Positions 10,119 to 20,690 of a stretch of DNA of 64,000 nucleotides are shown one piece after another. Under the pieces are notes generated by a model. The model was not told the DNA's origin. It did no database searches and saw only the letters and a program-made list of their open reading frames with translations. Each line of letters begins with the position of its first letter. Within the stretch, counting starts at the first letter, position 1. Source of the stretch: an uncultured Clostridia bacterium (GTDB lineage: Bacteria; Bacillota; Clostridia; UBA1381; UMGS1253); the NCBI GenBank assembly GCA_934457145.1, contig CAKSHP010000009.1, forward strand, positions 626-64,625, written 5' to 3'. Made by a program: the position numbers and the translations under genes.

Positions 10119-10741
10119 TTACCATTTTTGAATTGGTAAAAATGCAAATTCCACTTGGTAATTGTAGGAGATTTTCCTCTTTAGCGTTAAATTTTTCATA
10201 TTGTTAAAAAACATAAATGTTGAAACGCCGTAAAAACTTCTGTTTTTGTCATACATTCCGCTGTTGCCGTAGCCTATTCTTTCGCGGTATGATTCTTCCC
10301 ATGTGCCGCCGTTTATGCTGATGTTAAAATTTTTATTTTCGTCTTTTATCGGCATATGAGTTCCGTCTTTTGTTGTTTCGTTTCTCATTAAAAGAGCCCT
10401 GCATCCCTCGCTTTGGCAAATAACGGCTCCGTCCTGCGCTTCAATTCTTCTGTTTGAGCCTATAATAAGAGAGTTATCTATATAATACTTTTCATCTCTT
10501 TTCGGAATAAAAACAAATTCATGCTCGTCAATAGCTTGTCAATAGCTTTCTGAAAGGCTTTTGTCCATATTTTAATGCCGTTTTTTTCTTCTGCCAGCGA
10601 TTCATATTCAAAAACGGAAACTCTGTCCGTTAAAGCGTCTATAAGCTTAAAATTTCTGTTTTTCATTTCATCTAATGTTTTATATGTTTGTTTTTTGTTA
10701 ATTTTTTTGCACCTTCTGATTTTTTTCTTTGATTTTACCAT
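10119..10741 (-). pseudogene. Right-handed beta-helix glycoside hydrolase-like gene (Pectate_lyase_3/GH28-like N-terminus), frameshifted by an 11-bp tandem duplication and apparently 3'-truncated
   Basis: Track ORFs 10478-10741 and 10119-10388 join into one frame if the duplicated GTCAATAGCTT (10527-10537 and 10538-10548) is reduced to one copy. The joined reading is ...TKAFQKAIDEHEFVFIPKRDEKYYIDNSLIIGSNRRIEAQDGAVI...NISINGGTWE..., a beta-helix hydrolase pattern. Confidence 0.55.
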
Positions 10742-10778
10742 ATTTATATGACTATTTCAAGTCATTTTCATTTTTTTC

Positions 10779-10807
10779 TTGCAAATTGCATGGTTATATG
10801 TTAATAT
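10779..10807 (+). promoter_or_regulatory. Candidate promoter of the GH36 gene (an identical copy lies at 13503-13531)
   Basis: TTGCAA (10779-10784), 17-nt spacer, TAATAT (10802-10807). Confidence 0.5.
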
Positions 10808-10845
10808 ATGCTTGATTTTAATTTTTTTAAAGGAGATTTTAATAT

Positions 10846-13041
10846 ATGGCAATAATATTTGACGAAAAATCCAAAATTTTTAATCTTAAAACAAAAACTT
10901 CATCATACATTTTCAAAATATTGTGTGATAAGGTTTTAATGCATATCCACTACGGAAAAAGAATTGAAAACACAGAGAATATGGATTATCTTTACCGCGA
11001 TTTTACGCATGCTTCGTTTGCGTCTGTTGATAAAGATTTAACCTTTAACGGCCACAATTTTTCAACCGACTCTTTAGAACAGGAATATTCGTTTTTCGGC
11101 AGCTGCGATTTGCGCACTCCCGCTTTTCACGCACAGTATAAAGACGGTTCAACAGTAACAAAAGCATATTATAAATCGCATAAAATATATAACGGCAAGC
11201 CGAAATTATGTGGTCTGCCCGCAACCTATGCAGAAGATGACAGCGAAGTGCAGACTCTTGAAATAACTCTTTTCGACGCTCTTACAAACATGAGCATAAT
11301 TTTATACTACAGCGTTTTTGAAAAGTTTGACGCAATAACAAGAAGCGTTAAGGTTATAAACGGCGGAAAAGACAACATAAACTTAAAATCGGTTCTCAGC
11401 TTCAGCGTTGATTTTCCGAATGATGACTTCGATTTTACCCATCTTTACGGTTCATGGTACCGCGAAAGATATATAGAAAAACGCCCGGTTGCTCACGCAA
11501 ATCTTTCAATCGACAGCAAAAGAGGTTCAAGCAGCCACTACCATAATCCGTTTTTTGCGCTTTCTTCTAAAAATGCAGATGAATTTGCCGGCGATGTGTA
11601 TGGTTTTTCATTGGTATACAGCGGCAATTTCATAGGCGGTGTTGAATGTGACACAACAAACATTGCGCGCGTGTATATGGGAATTAATCCTTTTAATTTT
11701 AACTGGCTTTTAAAAGAAGGCGAAAGTTTTCAGACTCCCGAAGCGGTTATGGTTTATTCCGACTGCGGATTTTCAAAAATGTCTAATATTTATCACACCT
11801 TATACAGAAAGCGCCTTTGCCGCGGCGAGTACCGCGATAAAGTCCGCCCTGTTCTGGCAAACAATTGGGATGCAACCGTTTTTGATTTTGACGAAGATAA
11901 GCTTTTACGCATTGCCGAAAACGCAAAGAAAATAGGCGTTGATTTATTTGTTTTAGACGACGGCTGGTTCGGAAAGAGAAACAATGATAACTGTTCTTTG
12001 GGCGACTGGGTAACAAACACCAAAAAGATCCCCAGCGGTATGGGCGGTCTTGCAAAAAAAATAAACGATTTGGGCATGGAGTTTGGTTTGTGGTTTGAAC
12101 CAGAAATGGTAAGCCCCGACAGCGATTTGTACCGCGCACACCCGGACTGGTGTATTCATGTTAAAAACCGCGACAGAAGCGAAGCAAGAAGTCAGCTTGT
12201 TTTGGATCTTTCAAGAAAAGACGTTTGCGATTATATTGTAAACACTCTTTCCGATGTGCTTTCAAATGCCAACATAACATATGTAAAATGGGATATGAAC
12301 AGAAATATAACCGAACCCGGCTCCGAGCTTTTGCCCCCCGAGCGTCAGATGGAGATATATCACAGATATATTTTGGGACTCTATAACGTGCTTGAACGCT
12401 TAACAACCAAGTTTCCTCATGTTTTGTGGGAGGGATGCAGCGGAGGCGGCGGCAGATTTGATCCCGCACTTTTATACTATTTTCCGCAAAGCTGGGCAAG
12501 CGACAACACAGATGCGTGCGACAGAATATTTATTCAGTACGGCACAAGCCTTGTTATGCCTTGCTCATCAATGGGTTCTCACGTTACATCGGCTCCGAAA
12601 TCAAACGGAAGAATAACTCCTCTTAAAACAAGAGGCAACGTTGCAATGACAGGACAGTTTGGATATGAGCTTGATTTGTCAAAATGCAGCGAAGAAGAAA
12701 TAGAAGAGATGAAAGAGCAGATTGTGTTTTATAAAAAATACCGCCATGTTATTCAAAACGGCGATATGTATCGTTTGCGCAGTCCGTATACAATGAAAAA
12801 CTGTGCGCTTGAGTTTATTTCGGAGGATAAAAACACCGTTATGGTATTTTACTTCACTCTCCACAGATTTGCAAACGATTTTTCAACGCGTCTTACTCTT
12901 CACGGACTTGACAAAACGGCCGTTTATAAAGAAGTTAACTCAAATCTTCTCTACGGCGGAGATATGCTTTTAAATGCAGGAATAAAGGTTCATGACCAAA
13001 AAGATTTCGACAGTTTTGTATTTATTTTTGAAAAACAATAA
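10846..13041 (+). CDS. Alpha-galactosidase, glycoside hydrolase family 36 (copy 1)
   Basis: 731 aa. GH36 signatures are FVLDDGWFGKRNNDNCSLGDW, YVKWDMNR (nucleophile region) and WEGCSGGGGRFD. RBS AAAGGAG lies upstream. Confidence 0.9.
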   Translation: MAIIFDEKSKIFNLKTKTSSYIFKILCDKVLMHIHYGKRIENTENMDYLYRDFTHASFASVDKDLTFNGHNFSTDSLEQEYSFFGSCDLRTPAFHAQYKDGSTVTKAYYKSHKIYNGKPKLCGLPATYAEDDSEVQTLEITLFDALTNMSIILYYSVFEKFDAITRSVKVINGGKDNINLKSVLSFSVDFPNDDFDFTHLYGSWYRERYIEKRPVAHANLSIDSKRGSSSHYHNPFFALSSKNADEFAGDVYGFSLVYSGNFIGGVECDTTNIARVYMGINPFNFNWLLKEGESFQTPEAVMVYSDCGFSKMSNIYHTLYRKRLCRGEYRDKVRPVLANNWDATVFDFDEDKLLRIAENAKKIGVDLFVLDDGWFGKRNNDNCSLGDWVTNTKKIPSGMGGLAKKINDLGMEFGLWFEPEMVSPDSDLYRAHPDWCIHVKNRDRSEARSQLVLDLSRKDVCDYIVNTLSDVLSNANITYVKWDMNRNITEPGSELLPPERQMEIYHRYILGLYNVLERLTTKFPHVLWEGCSGGGGRFDPALLYYFPQSWASDNTDACDRIFIQYGTSLVMPCSSMGSHVTSAPKSNGRITPLKTRGNVAMTGQFGYELDLSKCSEEEIEEMKEQIVFYKKYRHVIQNGDMYRLRSPYTMKNCALEFISEDKNTVMVFYFTLHRFANDFSTRLTLHGLDKTAVYKEVNSNLLYGGDMLLNAGIKVHDQKDFDSFVFIFEKQ

Positions 13042-13064
13042 AAACCGAAAGCGAAGTGATTTTT

Positions 13065-13237
13065 ATGCAGACTGCGCTTAAAAAAAAGCCTGAGTTTAAA
13101 ATTAAATCTGCGTCAAGAGATATATCTCTTGACGCAGTGAAGTTTTTTGCAATCATAGGCGTTTTATTTATACGTTCATGCAATTATTTTTACCCGTGCC
13201 GTTTGTGAACATATATATAACCTTTATTCCGTTAAAG
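13065..13237 (+). pseudogene. Remnant of the acyltransferase-3 gene at the duplication junction (5' 132 bp fused to about 40 bp of internal sequence)
   Basis: 13065-13196 matches 15789-15920 with three substitutions. 13197-13234 matches 16357-16394 with one small indel. The roughly 436 bp between those two intact-gene segments is missing here. Confidence 0.7.
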
Positions 13238-13465
13238 CGGAATAAAAACAATTTCATGCTCGTCAATAGCTTTCTGAAAGGCTTTTGTCCATATTTTAAT
13301 GCCGTTTTTTTCTTCTGCCAGCGATTCATATTCAAAAACGGAAACTCTGTCCGTTAAAGCGTCTATAAGCTTAAAATTTCTGTTTTTCATTTCATCTAAT
13401 GTTTTATATGTTTGTTTTTTGTTAATTTTTTTGCACCTTCTGATTTTTTTCTTTGATTTTACCAT
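13232..13465 (-). pseudogene. Truncated 5' fragment of the beta-helix hydrolase-like gene (duplicate of 10513-10741)
   Basis: The first 68 aa are identical to ORF 10478-10741. The frame then ends at the duplication junction (…AIDEHEIVFIPL*). Confidence 0.7.
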
Positions 13466-15920
13466 ATTTATATGACTATTTCAAGTCATTTTCATTTTTT
13501 TCTTGCAAATTGCATGGTTATATGTTAATATATGCTTGATTTTAATTTTTTTAAAGGAGATTTTAATATATGGCAATAATATTTGACGAAAAATCCAAAA
13601 TTTTTAATCTTAAAACAAAAACTTCATCATACATTTTCAAAATATTGTGTGATAAGGTTTTAATGCATATCCACTACGGAAAAAGAATTGAAAACACAGA
13701 GAATATGGATTATCTTTACCGCGATTTTACGCATGCTTCGTTTGCGTCTGTTGATAAAGATTTAACCTTTAACGGCCACAATTTTTCAACCGACTCTTTA
13801 GAACAGGAATATTCGTTTTTCGGCAGCTGCGATTTGCGCACTCCCGCTTTTCACGCACAGTATAAAGACGGTTCAACAGTAACAAAAGCATATTATAAAT
13901 CGCATAAAATATATAACGGCAAGCCGAAATTATGTGGTCTGCCCGCAACCTATGCAGAAGATGACAGCGAAGTGCAGACTCTTGAAATAACTCTTTTCGA
14001 CGCTCTTACAAACATGAGCATAATTTTATACTACAGCGTTTTTGAAAAGTTTGACGCAATAACAAGAAGCGTTAAGGTTATAAACGGCGGAAAAGACAAC
14101 ATAAACTTAAAATCGGTTCTCAGCTTCAGCGTTGATTTTCCGAATGATGACTTCGATTTTACCCATCTTTACGGTTCATGGTACCGCGAAAGATATATAG
14201 AAAAACGCCCGGTTGCTCACGCAAATCTTTCAATCGACAGCAAAAGAGGTTCAAGCAGCCACTACCATAATCCGTTTTTTGCGCTTTCTTCTAAAAATGC
14301 AGATGAATTTGCCGGCGATGTGTATGGTTTTTCATTGGTATACAGCGGCAATTTCATAGGCGGTGTTGAATGTGACACAACAAACATTGCGCGCGTGTAT
14401 ATGGGAATTAATCCTTTTAATTTTAACTGGCTTTTAAAAGAAGGCGAAAGTTTTCAGACTCCCGAAGCGGTTATGGTTTATTCCGACTGCGGATTTTCAA
14501 AAATGTCTAATATTTATCACACCTTATACAGAAAGCGCCTTTGCCGCGGCGAGTACCGCGATAAAGTCCGCCCTGTTCTGGCAAACAATTGGGATGCAAC
14601 CGTTTTTGATTTTGACGAAGATAAGCTTTTACGCATTGCCGAAAACGCAAAGAAAATAGGCGTTGATTTATTTGTTTTAGACGACGGCTGGTTCGGAAAG
14701 AGAAACAATGATAACTGTTCTTTGGGCGACTGGGTAACAAACACCAAAAAGATCCCCAGCGGTATGGGCGGTCTTGCAAAAAAAATAAACGATTTGGGCA
14801 TGGAGTTTGGTTTGTGGTTTGAACCAGAAATGGTAAGCCCCGACAGCGATTTGTACCGCGCACACCCGGACTGGTGTATTCATGTTAAAAACCGCGACAG
14901 AAGCGAAGCAAGAAGTCAGCTTGTTTTGGATCTTTCAAGAAAAGACGTTTGCGATTATATTGTAAACACTCTTTCCGATGTGCTTTCAAATGCCAACATA
15001 ACATATGTAAAATGGGATATGAACAGAAATATAACCGAACCCGGCTCCGAGCTTTTGCCCCCCGAGCGTCAGATGGAGATATATCACAGATATATTTTGG
15101 GACTCTATAACGTGCTTGAACGCTTAACAACCAAGTTTCCTCATGTTTTGTGGGAGGGATGCAGCGGAGGCGGCGGCAGATTTGATCCCGCACTTTTATA
15201 CTATTTTCCGCAAAGCTGGGCAAGCGACAACACAGATGCGTGCGACAGAATATTTATTCAGTACGGCACAAGCCTTGTTATGCCTTGCTCATCAATGGGT
15301 TCTCACGTTACATCGGCTCCGAAATCAAACGGAAGAATAACTCCTCTTAAAACAAGAGGCAACGTTGCAATGACAGGACAGTTTGGATATGAGCTTGATT
15401 TGTCAAAATGCAGCGAAGAAGAAATAGAAGAGATGAAAGAGCAGATTGTGTTTTATAAAAAATACCGCCATGTTATTCAAAACGGCGATATGTATCGTTT
15501 GCGCAGTCCGTATACAATGAAAAACTGTGCGCTTGAGTTTATTTCGGAGGATAAAAACACCGTTATGGTATTTTACTTCACTCTCCACAGATTTGCAAAC
15601 GATTTTTCAACGCGTCTTACTCTTCACGGACTTGACAAAACGGCCGTTTATAAAGAAGTTAACTCAAATCTTCTCTACGGCGGAGATATGCTTTTAAATG
15701 CAGGAATAAAGGTTCATGACCAAAAAGATTTCGACAGTTTTGTATTTATTTTTGAAAAACAATAAAAACCGAAAGCGAAGTGATTTTTATGCAGACTGCG
15801 CTTAAAAAAAAGCCTGAGTTTAAAATTAAATCTGCGTCAAGAGATATATCTCTTGACGCAGTGAAGTTTTTTGCAATTATAGGCGTTTTATTTATACATT
15901 CATGCAATTATTTTTATCCG
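13238..15920 (+). repeat. Tandem segmental duplication, copy 2
   Basis: See copy 1. The right end of homology is 13196 in copy 1 and 15920 in copy 2. Confidence 0.9.
13570..15765 (+). CDS. Alpha-galactosidase, glycoside hydrolase family 36 (copy 2, protein identical to copy 1)
   Basis: The 731-aa translation is identical to 10846-13041. Confidence 0.9.
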   Translation: MAIIFDEKSKIFNLKTKTSSYIFKILCDKVLMHIHYGKRIENTENMDYLYRDFTHASFASVDKDLTFNGHNFSTDSLEQEYSFFGSCDLRTPAFHAQYKDGSTVTKAYYKSHKIYNGKPKLCGLPATYAEDDSEVQTLEITLFDALTNMSIILYYSVFEKFDAITRSVKVINGGKDNINLKSVLSFSVDFPNDDFDFTHLYGSWYRERYIEKRPVAHANLSIDSKRGSSSHYHNPFFALSSKNADEFAGDVYGFSLVYSGNFIGGVECDTTNIARVYMGINPFNFNWLLKEGESFQTPEAVMVYSDCGFSKMSNIYHTLYRKRLCRGEYRDKVRPVLANNWDATVFDFDEDKLLRIAENAKKIGVDLFVLDDGWFGKRNNDNCSLGDWVTNTKKIPSGMGGLAKKINDLGMEFGLWFEPEMVSPDSDLYRAHPDWCIHVKNRDRSEARSQLVLDLSRKDVCDYIVNTLSDVLSNANITYVKWDMNRNITEPGSELLPPERQMEIYHRYILGLYNVLERLTTKFPHVLWEGCSGGGGRFDPALLYYFPQSWASDNTDACDRIFIQYGTSLVMPCSSMGSHVTSAPKSNGRITPLKTRGNVAMTGQFGYELDLSKCSEEEIEEMKEQIVFYKKYRHVIQNGDMYRLRSPYTMKNCALEFISEDKNTVMVFYFTLHRFANDFSTRLTLHGLDKTAVYKEVNSNLLYGGDMLLNAGIKVHDQKDFDSFVFIFEKQ

Positions 15921-16847
15921 ATTAATTCAGCCGCATGGACAACAAACATATTTTTAAGCTCTGTTTTGCGCTGCGCAGTTCCTTTGTTTTTAATGTGTAG
16001 CGGAGCACTTTTGTTAAACCCGAAAAAACAAATAACATTTAAAGCACTTTTTACAAAATATCTTCTAAGGCTTGTTATTGCAATGTTTTTCTGGGCAGCT
16101 TTCTACAAAGTGCTTGACCTTTATTTCCAAAATAACCTTTCTTATAAGAGCCTTGTAAAAGCAGCAAAAGAAGTTTTAAAGTTTGACCATAAATTTCATA
16201 TGTATTATATGCATATTATAATTTTGGTTTATGTTTTATTGCCGGTTACAAAAGTTTTGGTAAATAACATGAATAAAAAAGAACTTCTCTACACGCTTAT
16301 GGTATGGTTTTTAACCGGAATAATTATTCCGACATTTATATCGCTGAATTTTCTTATGCCGTTTGAACATATATATAACCTTTATTCCGTTAAAATGGCA
16401 TATGCTGCGGTAGGTTACTGCATTTTGGGATACTTTTTAAAAACATACAGTCAAAATAACTTTTTTTATACAGTTTGCGCCGCAGCGGGATTTTTAATTA
16501 TATTTTCCGGCACCGTGCTATGCTCTTTAAAATATAACTTTTTATACACCGAGTTTTTCAACGGATTTTCTCTGGGCGTGTTTTTATCGGCTGTCGGAAT
16601 TTTCGGTATATTAAACAATATTAAAAGCTTTGGAATTTTTAACGGTTTAATAACTTATATTTCAAAGGCCTCGTTTTGTATATACCTTGTCCATGTTGCA
16701 TTTTTAAATTTTACCGATTTCGGATTTTTTTTAAAATTTCCGCAAATCATAGCCGTGCCGTCAAAGGTTTTTATAAATCTTGTTTTAAGCACAGCCGTTT
16801 ATTTTGTAATATCTAAAATACCGGTTGCAAAAAAATATATTATATAA
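15789..16847 (+). CDS. Membrane acyltransferase family 3 protein
   Basis: About 10 predicted hydrophobic segments. The N-terminal DISLDAVKFFAIIGVLFIHS is typical of Acyl_transf_3. ATG 15789 is preferred over the track GTG 15780. Confidence 0.75.
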   Translation: MQTALKKKPEFKIKSASRDISLDAVKFFAIIGVLFIHSCNYFYPINSAAWTTNIFLSSVLRCAVPLFLMCSGALLLNPKKQITFKALFTKYLLRLVIAMFFWAAFYKVLDLYFQNNLSYKSLVKAAKEVLKFDHKFHMYYMHIIILVYVLLPVTKVLVNNMNKKELLYTLMVWFLTGIIIPTFISLNFLMPFEHIYNLYSVKMAYAAVGYCILGYFLKTYSQNNFFYTVCAAAGFLIIFSGTVLCSLKYNFLYTEFFNGFSLGVFLSAVGIFGILNNIKSFGIFNGLITYISKASFCIYLVHVAFLNFTDFGFFLKFPQIIAVPSKVFINLVLSTAVYFVISKIPVAKKYII

Positions 16848-16864
16848 TATTTTGCACAGACTCT

Positions 16865-16913
16865 AAAAAAACTCTTGAAAAACAGGATTAAACCTGATTT
16901 CAAGAGTTTTTTT
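16865..16913. terminator. Bidirectional terminator between the acyltransferase and GH31 genes
   Basis: AAAAAACTCTTGAAA pairs with TTTCAAGAGTTTTTTT, with A-run and T-run flanks. Confidence 0.8.
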
Positions 16914-16918
16914 AATCT

Positions 16919-18439
16919 TTATAATTTTTCAAAATAGGGTATTCTCTCTATAGGAGTGTCTATCTCTATTTCGCAGCCGCCGTCATAAACCGTGCCGTCG
17001 TCTGATTTCCATTTTCCGCCCGGAAGCTTTATTTTCTTTTTCGTCTGATCCTTTACTATAACTGGAGACACAAGGTATTTATCGCCCAACATAAAAGAAT
17101 CTTTAACATTTTCAAAGCCTTCGCCCGAAAATTCATATTCAAGCGCGCGCACTACCGGCTCACCTGTATTAACAGCGTCTTTTGCAAGCTTAAGTATGTA
17201 GTCTTTGAATTTATCGTGAAGCTTTGCAGCCTCAAAGCATAAATCACAATGCTTTTTATCCAAAACTCTCCACGGCGCCGCACTAAACTGCATCATGGGC
17301 ATAAGAGCCGCGCACTGCGCATAGCGGACGAAAAGCTGCTGGTCAACGCCTTTTTCCTTATCCGTAAAATATGAAAACTGTCCGCCGCCTATCATATCGG
17401 AGCAAACATAAGGATATCCCATAAGTCCCTGAGCTATTGTGTCTGCTATTAAAGAATCAATTCCGTTGTCGTCCCATGCAGGTCTTTTGTCGCAAAGTCT
17501 TTGAACAAGCGCAAGGTTTTGCGTGTTAAAAGCGGCGCGAAACTCATTATATTTATATTTTGCGCCGAGCTTTCCGAAAAGCGATGTATAGTGGTTTGCG
17601 GAAGGATATTCTTTATAAAAAGAATAATCGCCGTTATAATACTCACAGTCGCCCGCATCAAATTTAAAACCGTCTATACCGTAATCATCCATCAACCGCT
17701 TATTTTCATCATCATACCATTTAACGGCGTCCGGATTTGAAAAATCAAGTTCTGCGCTGTATCCGTTCCACCATTTTATAACTGCGGCATCTTCCGAGCC
17801 TTTCTTTTTTACCAAAAGCCCTTTTTTCTCAAGGCTTCTGAAAACCTCGCAATCCGGGCTTATAAAAGGAGATGTCCAAAGCATAACCTTAAATCCCATA
17901 TCGTGAAGCATATCAACCATTTTTTTAGGATCTTCAAATCTGTCTGCTCTGAATTTAAAAACTCCGTAGTCCTCCTGCCAGTTATCGTCAATCATCAAAA
18001 TTGCATTGTCTATGCCGAATTCTTTTATCTTTTTTGCATATTCAATTATATCCTTTTGATTTTGGTCATAGATAAGCTCTATCCATGTGTTAAACTGCGG
18101 AGATGTGAAAAATTCGTCTTCAACGCATTTTTCGGGTTTTAAATTCATTATCTCAACAGCTGTTAAATATGCTCCCTTTAAGGTCTTATTTGAGCTCTGA
18201 GCCAATTTTATATCATTTCCGTATAGTTTTATATTTTCTTCTTTTATTTCAAAATCAAAGGGATTTTCGCTGTATATGCATTTTCCCATATTTGTTATCA
18301 AAAACGAAGCACACTGATTTGAATGATTATTTCCGATTGTTTTTCTGCTGTAACCGTTTTTATAAGGCATTTCGTCGCCGTATCTGCTCAATCCGCCCCA
18401 AACATATTCATTTTTTTCAAGCGTGAAAACATATTCCAT
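16919..18439 (-). CDS. Glycoside hydrolase family 31 protein (alpha-glycosidase)
   Basis: GH31-like motifs WWNGYSAELDFSNPDAVKWY and GIDGFKFDAGD. ATG 18439 is preferred because AAGGAG lies 8 nt upstream, and the track start at 18490 would overlap gyrB. Confidence 0.75.
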   Translation of the reverse strand: MEYVFTLEKNEYVWGGLSRYGDEMPYKNGYSRKTIGNNHSNQCASFLITNMGKCIYSENPFDFEIKEENIKLYGNDIKLAQSSNKTLKGAYLTAVEIMNLKPEKCVEDEFFTSPQFNTWIELIYDQNQKDIIEYAKKIKEFGIDNAILMIDDNWQEDYGVFKFRADRFEDPKKMVDMLHDMGFKVMLWTSPFISPDCEVFRSLEKKGLLVKKKGSEDAAVIKWWNGYSAELDFSNPDAVKWYDDENKRLMDDYGIDGFKFDAGDCEYYNGDYSFYKEYPSANHYTSLFGKLGAKYKYNEFRAAFNTQNLALVQRLCDKRPAWDDNGIDSLIADTIAQGLMGYPYVCSDMIGGGQFSYFTDKEKGVDQQLFVRYAQCAALMPMMQFSAAPWRVLDKKHCDLCFEAAKLHDKFKDYILKLAKDAVNTGEPVVRALEYEFSGEGFENVKDSFMLGDKYLVSPVIVKDQTKKKIKLPGGKWKSDDGTVYDGGCEIEIDTPIERIPYFEKL

Positions 18440-18458
18440 ATCTTTTTCTCCTTTAACT

Positions 18459-20384
18459 TTATATATCAAGATTTTGAACAAATTTTGCATTCGTTTCTAT
18501 AAACTCTCTTCTCGGATCAACATTATCTCCCATAAGCACAGTGAACACCTCATCTGCTTTAACCGCATCGTCTAAAGTTACTCTGCGCATTGTTCTTGCC
18601 GATGGATCCATTGTTGTTTCCCAAAGCTGTTTAGATGTCATCTCACCCAAACCTTTGTAACGCTGAACATCGCATTTGCCGCCCATTTCTTCTGTTACTT
18701 TTGTTAAATCGTTATCATTGTAAACATATTTAACCGTTTTTCCTTTTTCAACTTTAAAAAGCGGCGGCTGGGCAAGATATATATATCCTCCCTCAACCAA
18801 AGGACGCATATGACGGAAAAAGAACGTTAAAAGAAGAGTTCTGATATGCGAACCGTCAACATCGGCATCCGCCATTATTATAATTTTATGATATTTAAGC
18901 TTTTCTATATTGAATTCATCGCCAATGCCGGCGCCCAATGCCATTATTATAGGCAAAAGCTTTTCATTTCCGTAAACCTTGTCAAGTCTTGCTTTTTCAA
19001 CGTTAAGCATCTTTCCCCAAAGCGGCAGAATAGCCTGAAAGCTTCTGTCTCTTCCCTGTTTTGCGCTGCCTCCTGCGGAGTCACCCTCAACTATATATAT
19101 TTCATTTTTTTCAGGATCTTTTCCAGAGCATTTTGCAAGTTTTCCCAAAAGCGAGCTGTCGCCCGAAGACGCCGACTTTCTCGTTGCTTCTCTTGCCTTT
19201 CTTGCAGCCTCTCTTGCTCTTGAAGCAGTCAGCGCTTTTTCCAAAATCATTTTTGCAACAATCGGGTTTTCTTCAAGAAAATCTCCGAATTTTTCTGTTA
19301 CAACTCTGTCTACCAGGCCTCTTATTTCGCTGTTTCCGAGCTTTGTTTTTGTCTGTCCTTCAAACTGAGCCTCGGTAACCTTAACGCTTATTACAACCGT
19401 TAATCCCTCTCTGACGTCATCGCCGGAAAGATTTTGGTCTTTTTCTTTTAAAATATTATATTTTCTTGCATAATCATTAAACACTCTTGTGAGCGCAGTT
19501 TTAAAACCTGCCTCATGAGTACCGCCCTCGGTCGTGTTTATGTTATTTGCAAATGTCATAAACGTTTCCGAATAGTTATCGGTATACTGCATTGCTATTT
19601 CAACATATGAGTCGCCCTTCTGACCGTCAAAATATATAACATCGTCATGAATCGGCACTTTTTTGCGGTTTATATGTTTAACAAACTCTCTTATGCCGCC
19701 CTCGTAGTGCATTTTGTTATGAACTTCTTCTTCTCCTCTTAAATCCGTGAACTCAATGTTTAGTCCCGCATTTAAAAATGCCTGTTCGCGAAGGCGCGTT
19801 AATAAAACGTCGTAATCGTAATCAAGCGTTTCAAAAATAGAATTATCCGCCAAAAACGTTACCTTTGTTCCCGTTTTATCCGTGTCGCCTATTATTTTTA
19901 CGCTGCCGCAGCTCTTTCCTCTTTCGTATCTCTGATAATAAACATGCTCGCCGTTTGAAACTTCAACTTCCAGGTATTCCGAAAGCGCATTAACAACCGA
20001 CGAACCAACACCGTGAAGACCGCCGGAAACCTTATATCCCCCGCCGCCGAATTTTCCTCCGGCGTGAAGTATTGTAAACACAACCTCCAAAGTTGAAATT
20101 CCCATTTTAGGATGTATTCCGACAGGTATGCCTCTGCCGTCGTCTATAACCGTAACAACATTACCCGGTTTTAATATAACGTTAATATTTTTGCAGTATC
20201 CTGCAAGAGCCTCATCTATAGCGTTGTCCACTATTTCATACACAAGATGATGCAATCCTCTTATTGATGTTGAACCTATATACATACCCGGTCTTTTTCT
20301 TACAGCCTCAAGACCTTCCAAAACCTGTATCTGGTTTTCATCATAATTGTTTTGTGTTGCGGTTATATTAATTTTGTCATCCAT
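18459..20384 (-). CDS. gyrB: DNA gyrase subunit B
   Basis: [21 protein letters not shown], the Toprim EGDSAGG motif and DADVDGSHI are all present. ATG 20384 is preferred because GGAGGA lies 10 nt upstream. Confidence 0.95.
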   Translation of the reverse strand: MDDKINITATQNNYDENQIQVLEGLEAVRKRPGMYIGSTSIRGLHHLVYEIVDNAIDEALAGYCKNINVILKPGNVVTVIDDGRGIPVGIHPKMGISTLEVVFTILHAGGKFGGGGYKVSGGLHGVGSSVVNALSEYLEVEVSNGEHVYYQRYERGKSCGSVKIIGDTDKTGTKVTFLADNSIFETLDYDYDVLLTRLREQAFLNAGLNIEFTDLRGEEEVHNKMHYEGGIREFVKHINRKKVPIHDDVIYFDGQKGDSYVEIAMQYTDNYSETFMTFANNINTTEGGTHEAGFKTALTRVFNDYARKYNILKEKDQNLSGDDVREGLTVVISVKVTEAQFEGQTKTKLGNSEIRGLVDRVVTEKFGDFLEENPIVAKMILEKALTASRAREAARKAREATRKSASSGDSSLLGKLAKCSGKDPEKNEIYIVEGDSAGGSAKQGRDRSFQAILPLWGKMLNVEKARLDKVYGNEKLLPIIMALGAGIGDEFNIEKLKYHKIIIMADADVDGSHIRTLLLTFFFRHMRPLVEGGYIYLAQPPLFKVEKGKTVKYVYNDNDLTKVTEEMGGKCDVQRYKGLGEMTSKQLWETTMDPSARTMRRVTLDDAVKADEVFTVLMGDNVDPRREFIETNAKFVQNLDI

Positions 20385-20419
20385 TTTAACAAAATCCTCC
20401 ATTTTATAATTTACATTTA

Positions 20420-20686
20420 TTAAAATTTATAATCTTTATCATTTGCTCTTTTCAAAATAGTTGATGCCGAAAGAGGCGAAATATAAAGCTTTGTTTTTTT
20501 GTTTTCTTCGCATAAAATATAGCTTTTCGGCAAGTCAAACCTGCTTACGTCTATAACTGCTCCGCTTTTTTGCGATGCCTCCAAAAACTCTCTTGTCCTT
20601 TTCGACATTGATGTGCTTTCAAGGTCAAAAATTGCAACAACTTCTTTTAAAGACACGCAAACGTCGCTTCCGAGATGCAAAAACAT
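20420..20686 (-). CDS. DUF370 (RemB-like) small protein
   Basis: 88 aa. The position between recF and gyrB is conserved in Firmicutes. Pattern ...VVAIFDLES...[10 protein letters not shown]...[12 protein letters not shown]. Confidence 0.7.
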   Translation of the reverse strand: MFLHLGSDVCVSLKEVVAIFDLESTSMSKRTREFLEASQKSGAVIDVSRFDLPKSYILCEENKKTKLYISPLSASTILKRANDKDYKF

Positions 20687-20690
20687 TTTT

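Larger units (their letters stand above)
10503..13237 (+). repeat. Tandem segmental duplication, copy 1 (about 2.7 kb)
   Basis: The offset to copy 2 is 2724 bp (2735 bp left of the 11-bp insertion). All six-frame ORFs inside the two copies are identical, which implies near or complete nucleotide identity across the GH36 gene. Confidence 0.9.
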
